NCBI RefSeq assembly: GCF_006345805.1 | Contig: NW_021832222.1 | Coordinates: forward strand, 62,001 to 126,000 | Source: Octopus sinensis | Taxonomy: Eukaryota | Length of the DNA: 64,000 nucleotides | Reading direction: 5' to 3' | In this document: piece after piece, positions 50,122-62,699 of the stretch | Layout of the letters: each line of letters begins with the position of its first letter | How positions within the stretch are numbered: the first letter of the stretch is position 1 | Program-made: the position numbers and the translations under genes | The notes under the pieces: generated by a model | Database searches by the model: none | What the model was told of the DNA's origin: nothing | The model's input: only the letters and a program-made list of their open reading frames with translations

Positions 50122-51778
50122 TCACGTCCTCAACCAGTACATTTGTGTGCGCAAGTTATTGTAGTTCGCCAACGTCTCCGTAGGACCTGCAACCTCAGGA
50201 ATCAGCAACACCAACCAACTGCAGCCAATACAGGACACTGGTCGTACACGTAGCGATGGACAGTCTCCCTTAAAGCCTGAGTACTCACTGCCTCAATTCT
50301 CGACTCCAATTCATGCATTGGAAGAATCCTCTCACAGTAAAACACATCCCTGATAAACCAATCACACCCACCTGGCCATATCCCAACAACGCTTTGTAGG
50401 ATTAGTCCAATCCATCAATAAACGAGTTCTTAGAGACGCTCGAGCTCTTTCCACCTCGAATTGACTTATGTTAGAGGACTGTCTCATCCATTCTTGCTGT
50501 ACAGCCTGCACTAACGAGTATACTGTCGAACGAGGAGCCACAATATACTTCCCCCTATCAATGAAATGACCAAACAACCACAGCCCAGTCGACTTGTAAC
50601 ATAAATTGAAAGGAGAGACGACCTCCCCCAATCCAGCCGCCTTCCTCAAAAGAGGAGACGCCAAATCAGCCCCTCCTGCACTTTCCGAGGCACTCCACTG
50701 CCCAGTCAGTGCATTGGCCACATCCAAGGCAATTCTCGAGTCAATCGCGGAATACCGCGGTCCCTGAACTGCCAAAGCCACATGTGCATAGTCCATGTCA
50801 TCATCTCTCAACTTCATCTATGAAATATGACTGCTAAATCGACATCTGAGCCAGTATAACGAAAGTTCTCAGTCAAATTGGGCACGGAATGTTCATATGT
50901 GTTCTCCAACTCTCCAAAAAGTCTTTCTCCGGTTTTTAAAAGTTCATTTTGGCTGAAACTTCCACCCGATCCTACCAAAACCATCCGAGTTGGCTTAAAA
51001 TGAGTTTTTGCGAATTCTCTCAACAAAAACCGATCCAAAGAACTTTTATAACTCAAAAAATGACCACCGAATATTATTTGTGGGACCAAATGAAGACTGG
51101 CCGAGAGCTGTGCCCTGATAGGCCGTGGAGTGCAAATAGTCCATCACAACCGTCTCATAGTCACTTTCCAATTCCTAAAAATATAAATTTGTGAAAATAA
51201 CTCCGAGATTTTGAAGAATTTCTCTTCTTGCATTTTCTACATCAATTTCCTCAAATTTGGCATTCAAAATGAGGTCGGAAAGTATTTCAAGGGCTAATAA
51301 AGTATTAAAACTAACAAAACCTTTATCGGAGTCCTCAGAATTGCAGTTTATGACATAACCTGATATTTCACGTGATATATATAGTCGAGGACAGCTCCCA
51401 TGCCTTCTACCTCCCGTTTAAGTTGATCTCTGTTCCTTTTGAATGTCCCCTTGGTGGTCAAAATGGGTTTCCGTACCCTGAAAGCCACGTTGGCTATAAA
51501 ATTGGTGATTCCGTTATTTGTGGTTGATTCATTCGCGGAACCGACGTCGATAAAAATTCCGATCTGTGATTTTAGGGGTAAGTAGGACTGAGGAGTTTAG
51601 ACTGGGGCTTGGCTGGGTGGCTATTCTTAGTCCATTCTTGAGTGTGGTTAGATTGGATGTATCGAGTGATCTTACTGTTTGTGGATATGTTGATGTATTG
51701 AAATATCTTTTTGAAATATTTTTCTATTTAATTATATTTGATATAAAATACCGAAAGGCAATTAAACAGGTTCCACAT
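50122..51778 (-). CDS. UQCRC1: Cytochrome bc1 core protein 1 / MPP-beta family (M16) with degenerate metal site
   Basis: LTTLKNGLRIAT, IGIFIDVGSANE...NNGITNFIANVAFR|GT, FRYTGSD|, LRDDDMDYAHVALAVQG, FNLCYKSTGLW, YVYDQCPVLAAV|GPTETLANYNNLRTQMYWLRT*. Confidence 0.85.
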
Positions 51779-51979
51779 GAACACACAAGTGAATTAATAT
51801 TGTAAAAATACTAAATTAATCTAAAATAATTACTCTAGGTAAAAAATTAAATTTTTTAAGTATGAGAACTCAATTGTCGATTCGATGCCATTTTCAAGTT
51901 AATTTGTCTATTAAAAGCTTCAAATTGCAAACATAAAAATCAAATTTGTAATTACGAAAGTCAATGTTGCAATCAGATA

Positions 51980-53782
51980 CAGTAGACTATTCATTTAACG
52001 AAAATGAAAATTGAGCATTCGTTAAATGAATTTAACGAAAAAAATATTTTAATTAAAAATTTGTCATGTAATCGGTAATTTTAGGTTCCTTCTTTTTAAT
52101 TTTTGCCAATATATTTCTCAAATTTGTAATTAGGTGAATATGTTCACCAGATTCTTGCAAAAAATATTTTTCAATATTTTCCAAATATTTAAGTGCATCT
52201 GCATAACCAATGGGATTGTCATTTGTGCTATCTATTTCTTCATGCTCATTTTCTTCCTCACATTATATTGTATCAAGATACGCGTTTTCTTCGCAGACGA
52301 CAGGTGCACAGACAGGAAACTCAATCATAATTTCACTTTTATTATCTTTAATTGTAAGGTGATTTAAATTTAATACCTTTTTCGTCAGTGGATTCTTCAA
52401 GTATTTTTTCATCTATCTTCGCCCAATTATTTAATGCCTTGTTAAAGCAATTTTTGATAGTGTCACTGTGACTTCGTTCCAAGCCTCAATAATTAAAGGT
52501 AGAGCATTCACTAATTTGAATTTGGTAAGTTCATCTGTATATGACAATGTTCCTATATTTGTTCCCATACTCAAATTTCTAGTCATTCCTTTTTTATACA
52601 ACGATTTAAATGAATGCACAATCCCTTGATCAATTGGTTGAATCTTAGATGTTGTCTTTTGAGGAAGAAAATACAATTCGATATTACTGAATTCGCTATC
52701 AAAATAGTGAACTGGCGCATTATCTAAAGGAAGCAAAATCTTTCTATTTCCACACTCATTTTGGAATTTAACCGGTCAACCCAGTTTTTAAAAATTAAAC
52801 TGGTCATCCAAGATTTATTGCTATTTGCATATTGAATCCCAAGATTATTCATATTAATATTTTTAAAACCATGAGGATTTTTGAATTTTCCGATTACCAA
52901 CGGATGCTCTTTATCTCCTTCCATATTTGTGTATAATAACAGTGTTATTCGTTCTTTAGAAAATTTTCCTGAAGCCCTTGATTCGGAGTCAAGAACTAAT
53001 GTTTTTTTTGGAGTACATTTGAAAAAAGGGCAGTTTCATCGCAGTTGTAAAAATTTTTCGATCCATATTTTTTAACATGGCTGCAAAGCGTTCATATGAA
53101 TCTATAAGCAAAACGGGATCCACTATTGTTCTTCTCCAGAAATCGTGAGTGTTTTTATTTTATACTCTTCCTTAAAGCGTGAAATCCATGGGTGAGATGC
53201 TTTGAAATTTTCAATATAAAATCGTTGAGCAATTTTGAGTGCCATTTCGCGTACCATTTCATTAGTTATGGTGTAATTACAGAAACGTTTGTTCTGAATC
53301 CATGCATATAGTGGTTCATATATCTTATCAGTACAACTTTTAAATGTAATATTCTTTTTTTGTTTGTGACGCCTTGATCCATACAATTGCATTTTCTTCA
53401 ACGTTGAATTTATCACTCCAATAGGCATATTAAACCGCTGAGCCAAATTTTCTTGAGTAACAGCAGGATTATTCTTCTTGAAATCAATAACTTCAAGTTT
53501 TTGTTGAATTTGATAAGTTTTTCTTTTTTTCTTCATATTGTTCACCCTTGCACACATGATTTACTACAAAGAAATAGCGAGGAAAAATTATTTTAAAATT
53601 TTATCAAAAATTTTAATTTTCGTTATTTAAATATTCGTTAAATATATTTAAATATTCACTAATACAAAGAAAAAAAAATTTTATTTTTGAATTTATCTAA
53701 GGAAAAACGTAAAAAAATATTTTGACTTTCGTAAAATGAATATTTTCGTTAAATTTTTTTTCGTTAAATGGATAGTCTACTG
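51980..53782 (-). mobile_element. pogo/Tigger-like Tc1/mariner DNA transposon, frameshifted
   Basis: 24-bp TIR CAGTAGACTAT(T/C)CATTTAACGAAA (1 mismatch) with TA TSD on both sides; HTH-psq + CENP-B HTH (ORF 53123-53557, FKASHPWISRFK); DDE_1 pieces PLVIGKFKNP, KSWMTS, LDNAPVH, FLPQKTTSKIQPIDQGIV. Confidence 0.93.
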
Positions 53783-53949
53783 TAATTATAAATGAATTAC
53801 TCAGTTGGATTGAAGCTGAGCAAAACCAGTCGACCTATAATAGCCAATGTAAATTCACCTGAAAATAAATAAAAGAGAATACATTATTTGGATTTCCTGT
53901 TTAAAATAAGATCTGCTGGAAGAAGTTTTGTTATGACTCCAAATTCGAG

Positions 53950-54240
53950 AGATTCTAACTTATATAAGTGCAATGTCTGCTTCAACATTGTTTAATTTTC
54001 AATGCAAAAGATGTTCTTACAGAGAAGATTGTAAAAATGGATGAAAGAATTAATTAATGAATGCAGGTCTTTACAAGATTCTACTTTTATAATTGACAAT
54101 GCTCCTGTTCACAATCAATTGGAATCAATTGTGAAGCAGGAAGAAAATGTTGAACTTTTACGATTGGCTTATATTCGTACATATTAAGCCCGATTGAATT
54201 AACCTGGAGTACTTTTATAGCAGAAATAATAAAATGCTAA
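53950..54240 (+). mobile_element. Decayed Tc1/IS630-like transposase fragment
   Basis: IIDNAPVHNQL...LLRLA.YS.ILSPIELTWS, the D...(P)YSPxLNPIE.W signature of DDE_3 transposases. Confidence 0.6.
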
Positions 54241-54420
54241 GAGAAAGATGTCAATAATTCTATAGGCTAAGAATATTGGAAGAAATTGGGGTCAATAATT
54301 CTATATAGACCAAGAGGGCATAATGCCAAGATAAACTCTGGCCGCTGCTGCTCTAATAAGACTTGAATACTTATTTTCTCCGATTTTGTAATTTGTGAGT
54401 TTATATAAATGTGGAAAATA

Positions 54421-55007
54421 TGTGACATGGGCAACGCGTTACACATGGGCAACCGGTTACAATTGTAGGTTGGTAGTAGGTGTTTATAGTAGGTTGGTAG
54501 TAGGTCTCTCAACAATTTATTCAGATTTGCATTTGTCAGACTTCTTTTTTATAAATCTTCAAAAGAAGTATGCGACAACTTAAGATCACTTTTCTACCTA
54601 TATGGACCTTGAAAAGATTTTGCAATCAGATAATGGTTCAGAATTCAAGAATGTGTCTCTGAGAGATCTATGCGAAGAGTTCAATCTAGTTCAGATACAT
54701 GGAAGACCAAACAATCCCCGTACACAGGGGATGGATAAATTCGAGTCTCCTTTCTATCCGGGCGCTGAAATAATTAACATTTTATCAAGTAATCGAGTCG
54801 AGGCAAATCAATCATTTTTATTTAATAGATAAAATATGATAAAGGAGAGATTTGGACGGTACCAATTGCAAGAGTAAAAAATGATTAATTTTAATATTTT
54901 TTGTTAAAATGCATTATTCTTTCAAGTTATTCGATGATTAAAAATTGACATCTACAAGGTCAAAAATATAACCGGTTGCCTATACGTATCCAGCCGCCCA
55001 TGTCACA
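54421..55007 (+). mobile_element. Ginger2/TDD-like DNA transposon deletion derivative with integrase remnant
   Basis: TGT...ACA termini; TIR TGTGACATGGGC (12/12) + 15 divergent + GGCAACCGGTTA (12/12); 5-bp TSD AAATA (54416-54420, 55008-55012). Retroviral-type integrase core KILQSDNGSEFKN...IHGRPNNPRTQG at 54602-54730. Confidence 0.88.
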
Positions 55008-55173
55008 AAATATACATTTAATTTATAATTTCTTTAACTATAAAGTCGAATCAAAGCAAATCCAATTCTTTAAGCATCACACGTGGGGAGTAGAATCAAT
55101 CTTAGTTATTAAAAATGTGAATTTATATTCTTTTTTTATTGAAAAAACATGTTTTATGATCAAATAGAATTAT

Positions 55174-55878
55174 TTAAGACGAGTTTTTATCGAATTCATA
55201 GTTCATTTTTATAGTATCTTTAGCAACAACATTAAACTGTATTTTTACAAATCCCTGCGTCTGCACATTGACCACTATCAAAAATAAAAACAAAAAACTA
55301 AACATTGTCTGTCCTCTCCAGTGGCCAGGCGTCTCTCATCTACAAAAATAGGATACTTTCCCGATATTGCCGCCATAAATGAGCCATATGTGGAAGAAGA
55401 CTTGGGAACAAACATTGGGATTTCAAGAACGTGACTATTTCTGTTTGAATAATGTATTACTTTCCAGCGACAGTAGGAACATGGCATAATCCATATCCAC
55501 AAACATGTTCACGACCAAAACTATCATACGAACTGCATTCTACAATGATTTGTGGCCCTAATGGATTGTTGGGATATTCATACAGCCAAATGGATTTGTA
55601 CTTTTAAAGGTTATGTCGATCGGGAAGTTGACAACGAATTCTTTTCTGTAGTCAAAACTATGTCGGATCATTTGAGAGATTCCTTCTTCAAGACCCTCGA
55701 AAATATATATATACATGTACTGATATTCGTTGCCAGTCATCTCCATAAACGAATGAATATTTGCAGTATATTTCACTTTTTAGCGGGAACTGAAAATATT
55801 TATTTTTGAGAATACTTTGGCTGTTTCTATTTGACCTTTTACCATCAGCATAAATACTGAAATTTCATTGCTTTGCAT
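55174..55878 (-). CDS. B9D1: B9 domain-containing protein 1 (ciliary transition zone, MKS module)
   Basis: [15 protein letters not shown]|FP...[13 protein letters not shown]...|[23 protein letters not shown]|[24 protein letters not shown]...TQGFV.IQFNVV; reconstructed with 24-28-nt introns. Confidence 0.93.
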
Positions 55879-56124
55879 TTATAAAACGACTTTTATTTCC
55901 ATAGATACATTTTTTTATTTTTATTTGACACAAAACAAGAATTGAAGTAAATATTAATTAAATAATCTTCTCCTTCTATTCGAAGTGATTGTTGACAGGC
56001 ACAGGGGATGTAGACACGTTTATTTGTCAAGTTTTATACTATCATTAGAATATTTAGAAAAATAATTTTTGTAAATGTTTTACATTTAATAGTTAAGAAA
56101 TTTATAAAAAAAATAATTTATGCA

Positions 56125-58157
56125 ATGATCAAGAACTACTTTCTGGTGGTGACCGATGATGAAATTGAAAGAGGTAAATAAACTTAAATAAAAATAAAGA
56201 CAATTTATCAATATTAAACTGCCATCAAAACATTTTGGACAAAGCAATCCTATCAACAGAATCCACCGGACAGAGCAACTCATATTTAATCCCATTGGCC
56301 CACAATAACATGCCCTTACACGTGCTGGACGACATGTCCGTGGATTATTTGATGTGTTATTTAATTTCCAAACAGCGAGAACAACGAATAGCCTGCTCGT
56401 TGTATTTTTCTCACATTTTTAGACAGCCATTGAAAAGTCTAATTTTTAAAAATATTCACAAAATTGCCACAATTTTATCAAAAGGTAAAATAAAATAAAT
56501 TTTTGAGAACGCGGGGTTTTTGTGGACGTTTTTTGTTTTGTGGAAACGGATGAATCGCTCTCGTAAAAAATGACATAAAAATTGTAGCAAATCTAAACTA
56601 AATGGCCTGAAACGTCTCCAATTGTGGAATAATGCCTCGATTAATATTATTTGCTTAAATAAGGACAAAAATGAGGAGTCGAAGGTCAGAAATCTGGCCG
56701 ATCGACACGCATTTCGTTTCCATAGGACTTTTATATCGTCTGATCACAACAATCTTGTTTGGCGTGGTTCTATTTTAATTGATAATGTTTATTATTCTTT
56801 TTATTTTAGAAAATTGTTGCAATCGGCTGCCAACTAGTGGAAAAGAATGTCACCACGTCGGATCATTATGTATGATATTTATTTATTATTTATATATTAT
56901 GTAATTAATAAATAAAAATATTAATTAAAATATATAGAAAAAATTTATGACATATAACTATGGGGCGTTCTATGGAAATATTTACGGACATTTTTCTCCA
57001 CACTCTGTCCCGAGTTACTTACTCGAGCCCGTCGAAATGGCTTTACAGTTCAACGAAAGGTTTATTTCCCGCCAAAATTTCAGTCATTCTCAATCAATCG
57101 CTTTTTGTAAACTATTAAAAGAATATCAAAATGTTCGTTAAAAATATATTTTTAGTCGTTTTTTGTTCTCCGCATTTACATGTCGAGATCACCGGTGGAG
57201 AACCCGTACGGGACAGAAACCAACTCTCTCTCTGCGTGGATAAAATGGACACAAACCACACCAAATGAGCGGAATGAATGTGAAATGTGTTTTTATTTGT
57301 AGTATGGACATATCCCAGCAATCCTGTCATTTCTAAGTACGAGACATTTCATTTTCTGCTCACAGGCAGTGCAGAGGACTCCCAATCCAGTATTTCTGCA
57401 TTCCTCCTCCGCTCTCCACATGATTCCTTATTTACTAATTTAATACAAATTAACAGTCAGGTCAAACTACGGAAAAACATGTTTTTGTTGTATTTATGCT
57501 TAGAGAATATTCTGATGGGAATTGTATTGGGAATATTGGTTGGTTGTCCACCACTGATTCAGTCCTTGCTGTCATTCGGGCTATTGGGGAGGATTGTGAC
57601 GAGAAAAATGTGTTTGAAAAGTTGAAATCGGTTTATAATGAACGGACATTCTCCGCGGATGTCATTTCAGGGAATGAGGATATGACAAAGTTTGATTTGA
57701 GATTCCTTCAGCTGTTGAGTCAGAAAACTAAAAATCAGGATTTTTGTAAAGTTTTGGCTGAGAAAGTATTTTTTGTTTATTTTTTGAGACAATAAATGTG
57801 CCTCAAGTGAAGGATGAGGAACAATCTTTGGTTGAAACTGAGTCGGGGAATGTGGGGAATTACAGTCATGTTATTATATTTATTATATTCTAGTTTCTCA
57901 AGGCTGTTGTGGTTAGAGTGCTCAAAGAGAACAAGATTGAGAAATCAGATGTTATATTCACTCGATGTGCTCTCCGTTTGTTTAACGTGACTAAATCTTT
58001 TATTAAGGTGGTGGATTGTGTTTATATTGAAGGATATAAGTGACCCCATGACACTGAAGAAGTCGATTGTGTCCATTTCTAGAGCACAGGCACCGCTTGT
58101 TGGATTTGTTCTTTATTCTTGTAGATTATTCAGTTTGAAAAAATGCAGAATATATGA
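56125..58157 (+). CDS. MTBP: Probable MTBP (Mdm2-binding protein / Sld7 orthologue, replication initiation)
   Basis: Continuous spliced ORF through ~12 micro-introns. C-terminus LKAVVVRVLKENKIEKSDVIFTRCALRLFNVTKSFIK|DI resembles the MTBP C-terminal domain (LKEVV..TLKKH.I...H.CF..CSQRLF.ISKFYLKDL); the rest is not independently recognisable. Confidence 0.6.
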
Positions 58158-58269
58158 TCCACTTTTCTTTATACTTTGATTACACGAATAATTTTTTGTC
58201 CTTTTTTAACTTTTTATTCATTTTTATAAAAAATTATTAAATAATTAAACAAAACTCTGAATCGGAAAA

Positions 58270-58979
58270 TGTTGGTAGTCTGTGTTTATTTTCCGAGTTG
58301 GGAAATTTTTAAAGCAAGTCGAAAAGACAAAGAAAATAGACAGGATATTAGCAAAAATAATTTGCACATAAATTTTCTAAAGTTGATTTGGAACCAAGTT
58401 CTAAGGGTCACCGGGAACCCATGGGAACATTGCAAGTTTTGATAGTTTTAGTCAAAGGTGACGGCTGCTGTTATTCCCCAAATGAGCTTAATCCGTTAAT
58501 TAGTAGTTACAACATTATAAATTAGTATATCGAGAAATCAATGCGAATATATATAAGTTCATCGGTGCCAATTTATATAAATGAATCCTTTTGAATGTAA
58601 ATGTTTAAGTTGCATAAATTTTTGGAATCGGAATAATATTTGGTGCAATAATCAGACTTTCTCTTTTGAATCATTTTGCGAAAAATTTAAAATAGGAGAT
58701 CGGGTAATTACGCACAATAATTTTACTGGTGAATAAAAATAAAAGTTAACGAACTAGGAACCATCAAATTTATTACAGTTCTCAAAAATTCATTTCGATT
58801 GAAGGGAAACGTTTACGTGGGGATAAAACTCGACAAAATATGTTCAGCACATTTTATAACAAATAGTCAATTTCCTGGCCTTTTCCGGAACAGGTTCCGA
58901 CCGAGCAATCTTTTTCTGCCCATTGTGTCGTGGCATTATTGTTTCAGTCGACGATGTTAAACTTGTCTATTCGATCTAA
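58270..58979 (+). CDS. Small spliced gene with divergent C-terminal CAP-Gly-like domain; 5' structure unresolved
   Basis: FKIGDRV...ELGTIKFI...VYVGIKLDKI|FNFLAFSGTGSDRAIFFCPLCRGIIVSVDDV follows the CAP-Gly pattern (GTV.Y.G...WVGVELD...DG...YF.C...GIFV); 25-nt intron 58842-58866. Confidence 0.42.
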
Positions 58980-59099
58980 TAAACTGACATTTTTATTAAA
59001 TTTTATTCACATTCTGATTTGGATCTTCTCTTGGAGTTCGAATTCCTCATAATTATGGCTCTTGATCATTTCTTCCTCAGACCGGATTAAACAAATTTT

Positions 59100-59594
59100 G
59101 GATTCCGCGGGCCAGACTATTAATTTTTGAATTTTTCGATTTAACAGAATATTTGCTGTCTAAGCTTACGATGGTGAATTAATTTTTCAGATCTGAGTCA
59201 TATTTCAAATCAAACATTTCCAATTGTAAGTTAGATGCAAGATCAGGAATATTTCAAGTGAATATTGATCGAAAACAGTAAATTTATTTTCAAGTTCACA
59301 GAAAATTTCAAAATGTGTCGAAGTAATCCTATTATTTTCTCCTTGTAACGATTCATATCAACATTCAATGTTGTAAAAATTACACTTTTTAAACAAGAGA
59401 GCAGAGTGCGTCCTGCAAAATACAGTGAAATATCCAAAAATCACATCCTCCATTTGCAGCTTGTACCTTCTCTTTAAATTGAGCCACAACGCCAGTTCAT
59501 TGATGGAGCACCATCTGTAGCCACATTAACAGCACGTCCCCATTCCACTCTAAACCTATCTAAGAGATTTAAATAAGAGATTTCAATATTCCAT
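59100..59594 (-). mobile_element. hAT transposase fragment, GTF2IRD2/SPIN-like
   Basis: LDRFRVEWGRAVNVATDGAPSM...FHCILQ (TDG and CxxH-region signatures) and LQLEMFDLK; subterminal GGCCCGCG motif near 59105. Confidence 0.7.
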
Positions 59595-59602
59595 TTGCCT
59601 TA

Positions 59603-59926
59603 GTGGTGTGGATGCTCTTTGGACATGTCCTAAGAGCCTCGGAAATGACGCCGGCCAATCAGAACATGGAATCCTACTTCTGCTCATTAAATAAAACGGC
59701 ATATAGGGGCCGACAAAGAACAACATTACCGACTACGCTCGACCATGATCTCACGTCGATTGTAAGGAAACTGAAATCGGCCAATAATCTGGACGAACTG
59801 AGATACCTCGCACGTAACAGGGGAGCGTGGATACGACTAACAGAGCGTATCCTGAGTCGGATGGCAAAAGTGGAATCTTAATTAACTTTTTGATTCCGCG
59901 AGATTGCTTTAATAATAATAATAATA
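59603..59926 (+). mobile_element. 5'-truncated RTE-clade element (3' end)
   Basis: WMLFGHVLR, YRGRQRTTLPTTLDHDL, LRYLARNRGAW; 3' UTR and (AAT)5 tail at 59911-59925. Confidence 0.85.
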
Positions 59927-60514
59927 GTGGTGTCAATCATATGTATCAAATCAAGGAATTCCTCTGTGAACGTGAAATCCTCGTCCACGCCACGAATGAA
60001 TTAAGTTAGTTGAACCACATCTATATAATGTAGCACTGTCAATAGCAATAGTAAAGATAATGAATGAACTGATTTTCGTTTTGAGTTGTTTATGAAAATC
60101 AGTGGCAGGTTTTGTAATATTGTTTGAAAATCCTTAAAAGCCTAACCAGGTTCCATCTGGGTTTGGAAATGTATATCTAAAGAACGGCAGTCCTCACAAA
60201 TTGCAACGAGGGCTGGTTCTGTACGGAGGAGAGTGACTAGCTTATCAAACAGTTGGAAAAGACAAGACGTTTCGCTTTGAAAATGGCATATGAGGTAGAA
60301 CTTGATGGAAGGCTACAAGACTCACAAGAATCCTCTGTGCCCACGATCTGAATGGTCCTGGCAAAAAGTTGTGTTAAGTAATTATAATTGGAATTGGCAT
60401 TGAAAAAGACACTTTGGTGTTTTGTTTTTATCTCTTCGTTAATGACTTTTTCTTGTTTTGGGGGTTTTGGTTTTTCTTGAAAAATACAAAACTATTCTAT
60501 TTTAAGAGACAATT

Positions 60515-62460
60515 TTTTATTTATTTATCCCCGGCCCCTTCAATTGAAGGAAACCGGTGGCTAACATGAACGAAAGTGTCAATGTCGGACGCTCCCAAAG
60601 ATCTCAGATCGCGATCCGGTGTTTTGAGGAAGCAGAAGGTGGGCCTGGACACGAGAAAAGGTCACTGAGAGAGTGGGATTCGTGGATTCGGCAAGGCCTA
60701 TTCTTCGCAGATAATTGCGTAGCCCAATATGATGGTCACAGCGGAAAATGGCCAAGTTCACTCGGGCTTCTCTCTCGAGAGAGGATTCGATGTTGTTTAT
60801 TAGTGGCAAAATGCGCCCTAGAAGCTTGTTTATTTCAAGACATTTGATTGCCTTCGTAGCTACCAAGTCGTGAATTCTCTTCTGGTTATTGTCCGGAAGA
60901 AATAGTTTAAGCATGCGGATTTTGTCCGCGAAGGTCGGAATTATTTTCCTGTTATTGGAGGAGTGCCAGAGAAAGTAGGCGGGGTGATTTAGCTTTCGCC
61001 ATTTGTCAAGAAATTGTAACCCAAGCATTTCAAAATGGTCTCTGATAGGAAGGATTTTCGATTCCCAATGTAAGTGGTCAGTAGGTGTCGTTTTTAGACA
61101 GCCCGTAATAATTCGTAATGCTGAATTTTGGGTTCTCTGAAGTTTTTCAAGGTTTGCAATAGATAAACAGGAGCCCCAAGCTGGGACAGCGTAGTTCATT
61201 GTTGTTCTGATAAACTGCTTGTATACAGTTATTAGACATGACGTCCCCGCAATAGCTCGAAGCACATTGAGTTTTTTCTGGGATTTTTCACAGATGTATG
61301 AAACATGTTTCGAGAAAGATAAACAGCAGTCAAATTTCAGACCCAAGATTTTTGGGGAATTTTCAACTAGGAGTGGAATGTTGTCTAGGAATAGTTTAGG
61401 CTCTAAGTAGAACTGATTACGGTCAGTTGTGAATGGAGTAACAGATGATTTGGATGTGGAAGGTTGAAGAAGATTGCATTTCAGCCAAAACGATAGAGTG
61501 TTCATGTGTTCCTGCAGAGATCCAGAAGCGGTGTTAATGTTTTGGTGGCAAGAGACAATAATTATGTCATCAGCGTAGGAGAGAAGTAGAATATTATTGT
61601 TCGTCGGGATACTGGACAGATGTAAGTTAAATAAAGCAGGTGAAAGAACCGAGCCTTGGGGAACCCCGTTAGGCAAGTATTTGTAACGTGAGTAAGAGGA
61701 CATGATTGTCGTGCGACCTAGACGCCCAGAAAGGAAAGAGAGTAACCATGACTTTATTTGATGAGGAAATTCCGTATCGATTATTTTCCTACACAGAACA
61801 TGTCTCGACGTTCTGTCAAATGCTTTTTCAATGTCGATGGATGCAATAAGTGTTATTTGAAGAGGATTATGATTGTTAAACCCATCCGCAATGAATTGTG
61901 TCAGTCTTGAAAGATGGGTCAAAGTGGAATGCAAAGAACGAAAGCCGTGTTGAGATTCAGCAAATGGAAGGAAAGGTTTTATGATGCTCAGTACTACTCG
62001 TTCTGTTATTTTTGAAACCACTGAAATCAAAGAGATAGGTCGAAAAGAAGAAGAGTCAGAGGTATCTCGATTTGGTTTTGGAATATGGATGATGATCAAT
62101 TTTTTTTCAAAGCATAGGAACCAAACCATGGTCGATCGAGTATTCGATTAAATTGGTCAGGGCCAGAAAGCCATTTGGACCGAGATTTTTTAGATGGTGG
62201 ATGACAAGACCATCCGGACCTCTGGCATTAGAATTCCTCGAGTTAACAACAAGCTGCTTTGTAAGTGATTCCGGGATGTTAATAAAGTGCGTAGAATTGA
62301 CATTGGAATTAAAATGAGATTTTCTTATGAAACGGAGATTCTTTGGGGTAGGAAGGTGACTAATTTTTGCATAATGACGAATTAAGATGTTAGCTTGATC
62401 CCGAAAGGATAGGACAGATTTTTCGGACGAGATGTCGGTGGCATTTAGAGAGGGCATGTT
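60515..62460 (-). mobile_element. 5'-truncated Vingi/I-group non-LTR retrotransposon (RT and C-terminal region)
   Basis: ARGPDGL, IPKPNRD..SFRPISLIS, QHGFR, SIDIEKAFD, GVPQGSVLSPALFN, YADD, PKILGLKFD, TPTDHLHWESKILP, frameshifted H...LFSCP...DLWERP; (TAAA)n tail ~60515-60528; nonsense/frameshift lesion near 62105. Confidence 0.88.
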
Positions 62461-62699
62461 TGCCTTGTGTGAATTTTTCTGAGGGTTCTTCAGAAACCAC
62501 GGGATGCAGTATGTGGGGATATAGATGTGATAAAATCATTCCATTCTTTAGTTTTATGTTTTTTGAAAAATTCGTCGATTTGTTTGTTGATTTCTGCTAG
62601 ATATTCCGCATTTCCATTTACAATTTTTTATCGATAATTAAATTCTAGAATCTAGATATTTGTATCTGACGTTAAATAATAATTCAAAATTTTAAATAC

